Positions 1-8,994 of a stretch of DNA of 42,118 nucleotides are shown one piece after another. The position numbers and the translations under genes are program-made. The stretch covers positions 1-42,118 of the forward strand of contig DASUFH010000138.1 of the NCBI GenBank assembly GCA_036274645.1, written 5' to 3'. This DNA is from Terriglobia bacterium (lineage in GTDB: Bacteria > Acidobacteriota > Terriglobia > 20CM-2-55-15). The first letter of the stretch is position 1; each line of letters opens with the position of its first letter. The notes beneath the pieces are model-generated. The model did no database searches and was not told the origin of the DNA. It saw only the letters and a program-made list of their open reading frames with translations.

Positions 1-33
1 ACGACCGCCCCTGCGGGGAGGCGGGGACCCAGG
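1..33. repeat. Partial REP/MITE-like element tail, cut by the window edge
   Basis: GACCGCCCCTGC..GGCGGGGACCCAGG matches the tail motif after the element at 3255-3286 (GACCGCCCCTACAAGCAGGCGGGGACCCAGG) and at 32564-32590. Confidence 0.5.
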
Positions 34-107
34 ATGTTTCTGTGGTGTAAGGCGCGCGCTTCCATGACGTTAGCAGGGGCAGACTGCAATCCTGCTATGC
101 TCGATAT

Positions 108-1760
108 GTGCAACGTGAAATCCTGGAAGTCGATGTCCTGATTGTCGGAGCCGGCCCTGCGGGTCTGGCGGCCGCATACCGGTTACGCCAGCTGGCGAAG
201 GCGGCGAACCGGGACGACTTTTCGATCGCGGTTCTCGAAAAGGGAAAGGAGGTCGGCGCGCATATCCTGTCGGGCGCCGTGATGGATCCGCGCGGAATCG
301 ATGAACTGATGCCGGACTGGAAAGAGCGCGGCGCGCCTGTCGAAAGGCCCGTTGAAGAAGACCATTTCGTCTTTCTCGCGCGGACATGGAGTTTCACGCT
401 GCCCATCACTCCGCCGCCACTGCGGAACCATGGCAATTTCATCGTGTCGCTGAGCCGCCTGACACGCTGGCTGGGCGCCGAGGTTGAAAAGAGCGGCGTG
501 GATGTGTTCACGGGTTTTGCGGGTTCTGAACTTCTGATGGAGGGCGAGCGTGTCATCGGTGTGCGGACCGGAGACAAAGGCGTCGACAAGGCGGGCCGGC
601 CGAAGGGAAATTTCGAGCCGGGCATTGATATTCACGCCAGGGTGACGATCCTTGCGGAGGGAGCGCGCGGATCACTGACCAAGCGGCTCACACAACGCCT
701 CCGCCTCGACAGCGGACAGAATCCGCAGGTGTACACGATCGGCGTCAAGGAAATCTGGGATGTACCGAAACAACGGGAAGCGGGCGGCTGGGTTTTTCAC
801 ACGATGGGATGGCCTTTGCGGGCCGACGAATTCGGCGGTGGATTCATCTACAACATGGCGGAGGGTAAGGTGTCCATCGGTCTCGTCGCGGGCCTGGATT
901 ACCATGATCCGCGGTTCGATCCACAGGTCCGTTTGCAGGAGTTCAAGACTCATCCATTCGTGCGCCGTCTTCTGGAAGGCGGCAGCCTGTACGCTTACGG
1001 CGCAAAGGCGATTCCTGAAGGCGGATACTGGGCGCTTCCTCGCTATTACTGTGATGGAGCGTTAATGGTCGGCGACACGGCTGGATTCCTGAACGCCATG
1101 CGCTTGAAGGGGATCCATCTCGGCATCAAGAGCGGGATGCTGGCGGCGGAGGCCGCCTTTGCGGCCATCGAAGCGGACGACACTTCATCCGTCCGCCTCC
1201 GCCGGTTTGAGGAACTCGTTGAACACAGCTGGATCAAAGAGGAATTGTGGAAAGTCCGCAATTTTCATCAGGGATTCGAGAACGGCCTCTTCATGGGCAT
1301 GCTGCACACCGGGTTGCAGATGATTACCGGCGGCCGCGGTGTCCGAGACCGCTATACCAACCAGCCAGGCCATGCGCGAATGCGCCGGCTCAAGGATTTT
1401 TACGGCGCGCCGGTTCCACCGCCGGTTGCGGTACCCATGGAACGCCCGCTGATGTTCGATAAGTTGACCGATGTCTATCATTCGGGGACCGAGCACGAGG
1501 AGGACCAGCCGGTTCACCTCGTTGTGGTCGAGCCGGACATCTGTCACACGCGCTGCATTGAAGAGTACGGCAATCCCTGCCAGTTTTTCTGCCCGGCGGC
1601 CGTTTACGCCATGGCGCCAAACGCGGCCGGAGACCTGCGGCTCGAAATCAACGCCTCCAACTGCGTCCACTGCAAGACCTGCGACATCATGGATCCATAC
1701 CAGGTGATTGATTGGGTTACGCCGGAAGGCGCCGGTGGGCCGTCTTACGATCGGACATGA
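108..1760 (+). CDS. Electron transfer flavoprotein-ubiquinone oxidoreductase (ETF-QO)
   Basis: 550 aa with GTG start. N-terminal FAD fold VLIVGAGPAGLAAA. C-terminal ferredoxin-like Cys clusters (CHTRC..CPAAVY..NCVHCKTCDI) and overall ETF-QO-like sequence. Confidence 0.9.
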   Translation: MQREILEVDVLIVGAGPAGLAAAYRLRQLAKAANRDDFSIAVLEKGKEVGAHILSGAVMDPRGIDELMPDWKERGAPVERPVEEDHFVFLARTWSFTLPITPPPLRNHGNFIVSLSRLTRWLGAEVEKSGVDVFTGFAGSELLMEGERVIGVRTGDKGVDKAGRPKGNFEPGIDIHARVTILAEGARGSLTKRLTQRLRLDSGQNPQVYTIGVKEIWDVPKQREAGGWVFHTMGWPLRADEFGGGFIYNMAEGKVSIGLVAGLDYHDPRFDPQVRLQEFKTHPFVRRLLEGGSLYAYGAKAIPEGGYWALPRYYCDGALMVGDTAGFLNAMRLKGIHLGIKSGMLAAEAAFAAIEADDTSSVRLRRFEELVEHSWIKEELWKVRNFHQGFENGLFMGMLHTGLQMITGGRGVRDRYTNQPGHARMRRLKDFYGAPVPPPVAVPMERPLMFDKLTDVYHSGTEHEEDQPVHLVVVEPDICHTRCIEEYGNPCQFFCPAAVYAMAPNAAGDLRLEINASNCVHCKTCDIMDPYQVIDWVTPEGAGGPSYDRT

Positions 1761-1857
1761 GACGCGAAAATTAGTTTCTTACGTTTTCGTTTTTGGGCCG
1801 TCGACAACTCTTGCCCTTGCCGGCCTCGATGCCGTCTTTGGTTGGAGGAAAACGTAC

Positions 1858-3165
1858 ATGGTTTGGCGTATTGGAGCGCTTTTGTTGTTTTTGGGCGTTC
1901 TGCCCTTGCGGGCGGCGGGAGGGCCACAGGATTCAAGGATTTCACTTGCGGAGTTGATCCAGCGTCCATTTGTTGAACTCATGGCGTTGACGGAAGACGA
2001 CGCCTATCCGAAGTCGGAGATCAAGGCCCTGAGATCGAGCCTGGAAGACGACCGGCGTCTTCAGCTGGAAGCGTCGCGAAAAGCCGAAAAGGCCTGGCTG
2101 CGCGAGCTGAAAGAGGCCCAGAAGGAACTCCAGAGTCTGAACGCCGCATCGTCCCGCGATTCTGCCTCTGTTGCCAGCCATCGGGAGCAACTGCATCAGA
2201 AAATCGCCCGTCTCGAGAAAGATATCCGCGACGAAAAAAAACAGCAGGAGGTCGGGATACCCCTGACATTTGAGATCAAGCTGGCCAAGGTTCATGTGAT
2301 CGAGCGGTGGCCCGCGAAACGTCGCGAAATCATGGACAGGATCGACAGGGGGGAGGCGCGGTCTCGCAAGCACGGCGACGTTGAGGACATTGGCTACCGC
2401 AAGTGGATCAAAGGACAGGAACAGGACATTGCGGTTGGCGACCAGACGGTCCGGCAGATCATGGCCGGTGGCGGAATGCCGCTGGAATCCACGGACCAGG
2501 ATGTCCAGGCGTACGTTCGCAATCTGGCTGTTCGGATCGCGATGAACTCCGATTTGAAGATTCCTCTGCGCGTTGCCGTACTCGACAACCCGCAAGCGCG
2601 CGCAGTGGCCCTGCCGGGTGGATATCTGTTCGTGACCTCGGGTCTCATCGTGACCGCTGAAAACGAAGCGGAACTGGCCGGCGAACTGTCCCGGGAAATT
2701 GCCCGCGTGGCGGCCCGCCAGGGTACTCGGAGAACAAAGTTGTCGATCATGAAGAAGATGATTGTGCCCGCGGCTCAGATCACCACCGGATTCTTCACGG
2801 GCGGCGTGACCAACGCCGGCGCGTACTACAGCATGAGCTATGGGTTTCAGGGATTGAGTTCGCTCGTCGACCATTCCCTGCAGGGATCCAGTGAAAAACT
2901 CCAGCGGGAAGCGGATCAACTGGGCATCCAGTACGCATGGAAGGCCGGATTCGATCCCTCCGGGTTCGTTGCCTACATCGACGCGCTTTCCCTGAATACG
3001 GAATCCCCCGCCGCCGGGAATCTGTTTCAGCCCAAGTCGGGCCTGGAGCGGCGGATCATGGACGCCTTTACGGAGATCCAATACCTGCCGCCGCAGGAAC
3101 GGACCATCAAGGACTCCGTCGATTTCTACGTGGCCAAACACGCGCTGACCAGTCGGGGCGACTGA
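1858..3165 (+). CDS. M48 (BepA/HtpX-like) peptidase homologue with degenerate zinc motif, secreted, N-terminal coiled-coil region
   Basis: ATG at 1858 preceded by GGAGGA. Signal-like MVWRIGALLLFLGVLPLRAAG. M48-like core LPGGYLFVTSGLI..LAGELSREIARVAARQ and downstream EADQLG..AGFDP. The HExxH position reads REIAR. The track ORF start at 1708 overlaps ETF-QO and is unlikely. Confidence 0.7.
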   Translation: MVWRIGALLLFLGVLPLRAAGGPQDSRISLAELIQRPFVELMALTEDDAYPKSEIKALRSSLEDDRRLQLEASRKAEKAWLRELKEAQKELQSLNAASSRDSASVASHREQLHQKIARLEKDIRDEKKQQEVGIPLTFEIKLAKVHVIERWPAKRREIMDRIDRGEARSRKHGDVEDIGYRKWIKGQEQDIAVGDQTVRQIMAGGGMPLESTDQDVQAYVRNLAVRIAMNSDLKIPLRVAVLDNPQARAVALPGGYLFVTSGLIVTAENEAELAGELSREIARVAARQGTRRTKLSIMKKMIVPAAQITTGFFTGGVTNAGAYYSMSYGFQGLSSLVDHSLQGSSEKLQREADQLGIQYAWKAGFDPSGFVAYIDALSLNTESPAAGNLFQPKSGLERRIMDAFTEIQYLPPQERTIKDSVDFYVAKHALTSRGD

Positions 3166-3170
3166 ACCGG

Positions 3171-3268
3171 TTTAGCGGTCTATGACCGCCCGACGCTTCG
3201 GAGCGGGAATCTTTGACTAAACAGAAATTCACCCTGAAACGCTGGGCGGTCAATAGACCGCCCCTACA
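3171..3268. repeat. REP/MITE-like element, ~98 bp, inverted orientation relative to the copy at 17512
   Basis: Ends TTTAGCGGTCTATGACCGCCC ... GGGCGGTCAATAGACCGCCCCTACA. The internal 52 nt is about three quarters identical to the reverse complement of the core of 17512-17611. Lies between convergent genes. Confidence 0.75.
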
Positions 3269-3346
3269 AGCAGGCGGGGACCCAGGCGCCGAGCCCCGGC
3301 AGGGCGAAGCAAGCGCCAGTGAATCGCTACAGGAGTTCCGGGACCA

Positions 3347-3853
3347 CTACTTTGTTTCTTCTCTCGGCGTTTCTTCTCTCGGCAGATTCGTATTGTCGAT
3401 GTCGTGGGTCACTTTCCACGATCCGTCCGACTGGCGCTGCAACAGCACCAGGTATTTCCCTTCATCCATGATCGGATTGCCGCCGGCTTTGGGCGTCAGT
3501 TCAAGCGTAAACGTCCCGCGGTCCATGCCCCGGTCTCCATAGACCTTTGTTTCAGCGGGCGTAATGCTGATTTTCGCCGTATACATGTCGAACATCTGTT
3601 TGTTGTAGTTTTCGATTGCGTCGTGGCCCGTGATCGCCGGCTGATGCGCAGGCATGACAACGCCATCGGCGGTATAGAGACCGGCAACCCTGGCTGCGTC
3701 ACCGGCATTGAACGCATCGGAAAAATCCGTGCGTACCTTGTCGATTGGCGTTGTGTCGGAGTTGGATGGGGACTCATTACTCGGCGGCGGAGCACAACCG
3801 ATAAGAGCGCAGGTGAGCAAGGTCGCGGTCAGAGTCAGCATGATCCGGTTCAT
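3347..3853 (-). CDS. SnoaL/NTF2-like (DUF4440-type) lipoprotein
   Basis: Start at MNRIMLTLTATLLTCALIGC (lipobox LIGC). FNAGDAARVAGLYTADGVVMP..G..AI..Y is typical of the NTF2-like fold. C-terminal PREET-PREET repeat. Confidence 0.7.
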   Translation of the reverse strand: MNRIMLTLTATLLTCALIGCAPPPSNESPSNSDTTPIDKVRTDFSDAFNAGDAARVAGLYTADGVVMPAHQPAITGHDAIENYNKQMFDMYTAKISITPAETKVYGDRGMDRGTFTLELTPKAGGNPIMDEGKYLVLLQRQSDGSWKVTHDIDNTNLPREETPREETK

Positions 3854-4203
3854 GGTCGCTCCTTTAGTGGGCAGAGGTTTCAATAAGAGCCTAATGCGCA
3901 TTCGCGCGGGCGCGCAACACTTCCTTTATTGGACTGCTTCTTTGCGGCGAAAATCGCGCGCGTCCCCGACGCATAATGGGTCTCGTGCCCCAGACGATTC
4001 ATCGGAAAGCGAAGCCTGCGTTCGGGTTGTGGATCGGTCTTGGCCTGACGCTCATGTTCACAGTGGCGGCCTGGCTCGATGCGAGGGAAATCGTATCCGG
4101 ATTACCGCATGCGTTCGATCGGGGCCGCGGCCGCGGGCTGGACCATCTTGTCGAACCATCGATAACAGGCAATGGAAAATGAAAACCTGGGCCCGGACCT
4201 GGG

Positions 4204-5892
4204 CTACAGCGCGTCGATCGTGATTTTCATGTCGGCGCCGGCCCATTCCTTTTCAAAGCGCGCGTGAGTCTCCGAGGCCTCGGCGGTCTTCGATTGAGCG
4301 GTCAGCGCCTGTTCGAGTCCGAAGAGGGAGCGGGGATTGTTCGGATTGATTTCCAGGTCGCGGCGAAAGGTTCTTTCCGCTTCACGGTAGCGTTTGGCTC
4401 GCAGGTATTCTCCGCCGAGGGATTCGCGGACCGGGTAGTACCATGCCGGCGGCTCGTCATAAACGAGCCGGTCCTGGATGTCGATCGCGTTCTGCCATAG
4501 CGCGATTGCCTGATTCCGGTTGCCCCCGGCTGCCGCCAGCCGCGCGTCAAGGACTGCCGTGGCGATTGCGAGCAGGTCCCGTCCCCGGTTGGTGTTCACG
4601 AGGAAGTCTTCCGGGATCTTCAGTGTGGCCGTTGCCAGTTCGCGGCGTTCCGCGCGGGCCGCCGCGGTATCGCTTTTGGCGGCATACGCCATTCCACGCG
4701 CATAACGCCACATGGCGAGCGTGAACGGTGTGGAATCGGACGGTGGCGGCGTGGCCAGAATGTCGTCCCATCGCGCGTTTCGGGTCATCGCGTAAAGGGA
4801 CCACGGCAGGACGTACTCCGCCATCGGGTCGTGTCCCGCCATGGGCGCGACGAGCGAAACGGCCTTCGCCGCAGATTCGAGCGCATCCCCGGAGCGGCCG
4901 ATCATGGACGCCGCCGCCGAAAGAAACATGAAGTTGTGCGTGTAGTACATCATCGAATACACGCCGTCGGCCTTCGTCCTGGCAAAATACGTTTCGTCGG
5001 CGCGCGCGGCGTTCTGGTTCGCTTCCATCGCGCCCCGGTAGTCCCCCGTTCGGATATAGACGTGAGCAGGCATGTGCACCAGATGGCCCGCGGCCGGCGC
5101 CAGAGTGCGCAATCGCTGGGCGCTGGGCAACGCCCGGGCGGGATCCGACGAAGCCTCGGTCGCGTGAATGTAGTAGTGGTTTGCTCCAGGGTGCTGTGGG
5201 TCGAGTTTCAGCGCCGATTCGAGCACGCTCAGGATCTCTTCGGTGCCGGGTTGCGGTGTTCCGTTCGTTGTCCACAGTTGCCAGGGTTTCAGATCCATCA
5301 ACGCTTCGGCGTAAAGGACGGCCGCGTCCACGTCGTCGGGATAGCGCTCGTGGAGTGCTTTCATCGCCCGTCCATAGTCCTGATCGAGCGTGGCCCGGTC
5401 CGCTTTGGGGTCGTTTGAGTATCGGGTGGCGATGGCCCCGACATAGGCCTTCTCGGAGTCACTGGCGTGGGCAAGGAGCGCCTGAGCGTTGCGTACGGCT
5501 TCGACGGCGCGGCTGTTTCTTTCCGGATCGATGGGCAGGTTGTAGTTGGGCCCCAGCACGTAGGCCACTCCCCACCACGTCATGGCGCAGTTCGGGTCGA
5601 GCCGCGCGGCCTCACGAAACGCGCGTTCCGCCTCGTCGTGGTTGAAACCGTAAAGCAGCCTCATCCCCTGATCGAAATACCTTTGCGCCATCTCGTTCGA
5701 CGTCGTGACCGCATGATGATGCGTTCCGAGGCCATCGAGCAGTGGCGGGGATCCCGGCGTCTCCGGGGCACTGTGATCATTGCTTGCGGGCTGTTGCGCA
5801 CAGGCTGCCGCCAGCATGAGCATGAAAGCCGCGAGAGCGCATCGGCTGATCAAGCCGCGATTCAAGGCATGGATGACAGGTAAGGAATTCAC
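4204..5892 (-). CDS. TPR repeat-containing lipoprotein/secreted protein
   Basis: 562 aa with GTG start preceded by GGAGG at 6-nt spacing. LMLAAAC lipobox-like signal. TPR-like AERAFREAARLDPN.. and YREAERTFRRDLEINPNNPRSLFGL. Confidence 0.75.
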   Translation of the reverse strand: MNSLPVIHALNRGLISRCALAAFMLMLAAACAQQPASNDHSAPETPGSPPLLDGLGTHHHAVTTSNEMAQRYFDQGMRLLYGFNHDEAERAFREAARLDPNCAMTWWGVAYVLGPNYNLPIDPERNSRAVEAVRNAQALLAHASDSEKAYVGAIATRYSNDPKADRATLDQDYGRAMKALHERYPDDVDAAVLYAEALMDLKPWQLWTTNGTPQPGTEEILSVLESALKLDPQHPGANHYYIHATEASSDPARALPSAQRLRTLAPAAGHLVHMPAHVYIRTGDYRGAMEANQNAARADETYFARTKADGVYSMMYYTHNFMFLSAAASMIGRSGDALESAAKAVSLVAPMAGHDPMAEYVLPWSLYAMTRNARWDDILATPPPSDSTPFTLAMWRYARGMAYAAKSDTAAARAERRELATATLKIPEDFLVNTNRGRDLLAIATAVLDARLAAAGGNRNQAIALWQNAIDIQDRLVYDEPPAWYYPVRESLGGEYLRAKRYREAERTFRRDLEINPNNPRSLFGLEQALTAQSKTAEASETHARFEKEWAGADMKITIDAL

Positions 5893-5951
5893 AACGGGCC
5901 TCCGTTATCAAGAATGGGGAAGTGAATGTTCCCAGATCCGGGACCGTGTTT

Positions 5952-6689
5952 TCAACGATCGTTTGGCGGCTTGAGACCAACCAGGATTTCAAACTGGTCG
6001 GGAGTTCCGCGCCGCTCATAGACGGTGAGGTTGTAGGATCGCAGCGTCTTGACCAGCGCGGCCGCGGCGGCGTTTCCGTCGTCGTGCGTACAGACAATGC
6101 CGTGTTGCGGAGGAACCAGGGCGCCGAAGTTGCTGACGGCGACGTTCCATCCGGCGGACCGGAGCATGCGGGTGAGATCCCGAGCGAATGGTCCGGCTTC
6201 AACGTCGTTGAGTTCGATGAGCGACGCGTGCGCGCTTGTAAATCGGCTCATGGCGGAGACGAGCGCTTGTTCCTGCTCGAGCGAGAGCATGCGTGGTGTG
6301 TGCGCCGAAGCGGCGGCCGCCGGCTGGCGGCCCAGCCGGTCCTCCATCTCCAGGCGCATGCGCCTTTCGCGTTCCAGCGAAATCGCGAGTTCCATGTTTT
6401 CCTTGCGGATTCTTTGCGTGTCGGCCGCGGATGACGCGGCTTCCGAGATGGCGCGCTGGGCGTCTTCGTTGGCGCGCGCGGCGCGCTCGTTTGCCGCCGC
6501 GGTCTGCTGGACAAACTCCAATTGCCGTTTTCTTGTTTCTGCCTCCGCGGCGGAGGACCGCTGCCAGGAGAGAAAAACAACGAACAACCCGGCCGCCAGC
6601 ATGATCACAATGCTGGCGACATACGCCAGGTTGACCCAGAACAGGGTCTTGTCGACAGACGTCAGATCCGCCATGCGCTTGTTCGGCAC
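5952..6689 (-). CDS. Hypothetical membrane-anchored coiled-coil protein
   Basis: One N-terminal TM helix (FWVNLAYVASIVIMLAAGLFVVFL), an Ala/Glu/Arg-rich coiled-coil stretch and a C-terminal globular part. Start is GTG 6689 or ATG 6674. No family recognised. Confidence 0.5.
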   Translation of the reverse strand: MPNKRMADLTSVDKTLFWVNLAYVASIVIMLAAGLFVVFLSWQRSSAAEAETRKRQLEFVQQTAAANERAARANEDAQRAISEAASSAADTQRIRKENMELAISLERERRMRLEMEDRLGRQPAAAASAHTPRMLSLEQEQALVSAMSRFTSAHASLIELNDVEAGPFARDLTRMLRSAGWNVAVSNFGALVPPQHGIVCTHDDGNAAAAALVKTLRSYNLTVYERRGTPDQFEILVGLKPPNDR

Positions 6690-6776
6690 GGAATTATATG
6701 CGAGGGCCGGGAGGTCCGCCCGCCTCCGGCAAGAAATCTCGCCTGTTTGGACCGGCCGCTTCGCCGGCGGCGGTCT

Positions 6777-8237
6777 CTATCGGCCGCGATTGCCGCGCGC
6801 GCCTCGCAGGCCACCCCGTCCGGCATTGGCGCCGGAAAGCGCGCCGACGAGGACCGCCTGTACGGTGTGTTGCAGGACCGCCGTCCGAAACTCGGGCAGA
6901 TCCTCTTCATTCGCGGCAACCAGTTCGAGCGTCATCGCGCCCATCTCGTCAAAGGACTGTTGCCCCCACCACACCTGTTGTGGCGGATTCCGAGGATTGT
7001 TGGGATTGTCCACGGAGTTGTCGTACTCGATCTCCACTTCCAGGCGTGTCCCTTTGGGAAGCCGGATGGGCTCGGTGTATGTATAGCGCTCCTGCCAGTT
7101 GAAGTCCCACTTTGGAACCGAAGCCAGCACGCGCGTGGCGCGACCGGGCAGCGTGGCTCGCAAGGTCATGTGCGTGGCCAGATAGTGCGCGTGCGCGCCC
7201 ATCGAGATCACGTCGACATCCACCGGAACGGTAAAGGTGTCGCGGATGGCGAAGTCCTTTACCCCTGGAGCAAGATTGATGCCGGCCAGCGCGCCAAACA
7301 GCGGCGGCATCTGCACCGCCGAGAGTGTTTTTACCGGAGGTTTGTCCGCGAAGTAAAAGGCCACCGTCGCCTGCTCGCGCTCGACTTTGCCGGTCGGATG
7401 AAAATGCATCTGAAGCACCAGGTCGGTTCCCGCGGCCAGCGGACGAGCCAGACCGTCCGGCAGCGGATGAGCGATAGCGCCTACGGCCCATCCGCCGAGC
7501 CCTCCCCAGAGATTCTGTGAGGAGGTGTCCTCGTTGGGCGACGCGTTTGCGCGGGTCAGCAGGGCTTCCAGACCGCGACCGCCCAGGAAAGACATGCCAC
7601 TGAAGCCGGACTCCTTTTCCTGCGATTGGAGGCGAATGGCTTCACCGGTCTGATCGAGGAAGAACAGCGCGTGGTGCGACACCCGGGCCGAGGGACGGAA
7701 ATCGATCGCGCGCACCCACTTGGTTTCCTTGAGATTCAGCTTGATGGCGAAGTTGCGGAAAACATCGGGCCCTGACGCGGGGACTTCGAATGGCCGCTCC
7801 ATCCGGACAACAAGATCGGGCGTACCCAGACGCCATCCGTCGGTGTACTGCGGAGCGGCAGGGGCTTTCGCGAGGTCGCCGGAGGGCATGCCGTCATCCA
7901 CCCATGCGCGGATCAGGCGGATCTCGTTGTCGTTCAATCCCCGCTCGTCGCGAAAATGCCCCATCTCGGACGCGCCATGCCATGGCGGCATGTATCGCCG
8001 CTCGGTGACCGCGGCGATGGTCTTGCCATGCCGCTTCACTTCGTCGTAGTTCATGAGCGTGAAGGGAACCGCTTCACCCGTATGGTGACAGGTCGTGCAG
8101 TTCTTGTAGACGATCGGCGCGATGTGTTCGCTGAACGTGACCGTGCCGGCCGCCGCCTGCGTCGATGACAGGCTGCCTGCTGCGCCAACGGCGAGCAGGG
8201 AAGCGCCAACAAGGAATCCGACGACGGGTTTTCTCAT
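6777..8237 (-). CDS. Secreted c-type heme domain fused to a PHM/DBH-like type II copper monooxygenase fold
   Basis: ATG 8237 with GGGAGGA upstream and a signal peptide. CTTCH heme c motif in an F..HI.PI....C..CH...PF.L..Y context. Candidate Cu ligand motifs SHHALFF, LVLQMHFHP, GAHAHYL and SFDEMGAM. The track start at 8351 overlaps the upstream gene. Confidence 0.7.
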   Translation of the reverse strand: MRKPVVGFLVGASLLAVGAAGSLSSTQAAAGTVTFSEHIAPIVYKNCTTCHHTGEAVPFTLMNYDEVKRHGKTIAAVTERRYMPPWHGASEMGHFRDERGLNDNEIRLIRAWVDDGMPSGDLAKAPAAPQYTDGWRLGTPDLVVRMERPFEVPASGPDVFRNFAIKLNLKETKWVRAIDFRPSARVSHHALFFLDQTGEAIRLQSQEKESGFSGMSFLGGRGLEALLTRANASPNEDTSSQNLWGGLGGWAVGAIAHPLPDGLARPLAAGTDLVLQMHFHPTGKVEREQATVAFYFADKPPVKTLSAVQMPPLFGALAGINLAPGVKDFAIRDTFTVPVDVDVISMGAHAHYLATHMTLRATLPGRATRVLASVPKWDFNWQERYTYTEPIRLPKGTRLEVEIEYDNSVDNPNNPRNPPQQVWWGQQSFDEMGAMTLELVAANEEDLPEFRTAVLQHTVQAVLVGALSGANAGRGGLRGARGNRGR

Positions 8238-8256
8238 GCCATCCTCCCGGGAAACT

Positions 8257-8844
8257 TTAAAGACCTTCGATGTAACAGCCGACCGCCGGAGTTCGCGGCT
8301 CCGGAACATTCCTGTGCGCAGCCAACGCCGCCAGGGCGTCGCGCAGATCATGCGTGTGGGCCTCGCGGCGTTGCTGGCCCAGTTCGATCCACAGATCGTT
8401 GATGCGGCCGCGATAAAGCAGACTTCCCGATCGGGAAAACACCGCCGCTTCCGGTGTGACCGTGGCGCCCGCAGCGGTAGCGAGCTCGTGTCGGGTGTCC
8501 ATGACTGCCGGAAGTGTATACCCGAATTCCTGCAAGTGATTCTTTAGGTCTTCGGTGGTAAGTCCAGACTCAGGAAAAACAAGATAGCAATCCACGCCAT
8601 TCGAGCGGAAATCGTCGCAAATGCGCATGATCTCGGGCGCGTACTGCCGGGAAATCGGGCATGTCGTCCCCAGAAAGAAGAGGGCCGTGAACTCCGTTTT
8701 CGCTTTCTCCAGGCTGCCATGCAGGACGCCATCGATGTCGCGCAGGGGATGGGCGTTGCCGGATCCGGGCCAGAAAAGAAACACCGCGGCGCTGATCGCC
8801 ACAGCTGCGATGAGGGAGAAAACGATGGGTTTCATTCCGTGCAT
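8257..8844 (-). CDS. Thioredoxin-fold (TlpA/redoxin-like) secreted protein with a CxxS motif
   Basis: Signal/anchor MKPIVFSLIAAVAISAAVFLFW. FFLGTTCPISRQYAPEI is a redoxin-type motif with Ser replacing the second Cys. Its stop lies 19 nt upstream of the next gene on the same strand. Confidence 0.7.
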   Translation of the reverse strand: MHGMKPIVFSLIAAVAISAAVFLFWPGSGNAHPLRDIDGVLHGSLEKAKTEFTALFFLGTTCPISRQYAPEIMRICDDFRSNGVDCYLVFPESGLTTEDLKNHLQEFGYTLPAVMDTRHELATAAGATVTPEAAVFSRSGSLLYRGRINDLWIELGQQRREAHTHDLRDALAALAAHRNVPEPRTPAVGCYIEGL

Positions 8845-8994
8845 TAGACAGTCCCCCCACGTTCAGGTTTATTGCGTAGCGCCAGCATAGCTTATTCCGG
8901 CGCGGCCGGTATCTGCGAAATCCCGGCAGACGTCCTTGTCCGGAGCCATTCCTTCGATTACGATTCCGCCATCTTACAGAAAGAGACAACGCGT

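Noticed and set aside
3976-4182. 68-aa ORF with a hydrophobic stretch in the 3902-4203 intergenic region
   Set aside because: No RBS, no homology signal I can recognise, and a short length. The evidence is insufficient to call a gene.
6693-6698. Perfect TATAAT on the minus strand 4 nt upstream of the GTG at 6689 (possible leaderless transcript)
   Set aside because: No matching -35 element at the proper spacing. A single hexamer is expected by chance in 42 kb.
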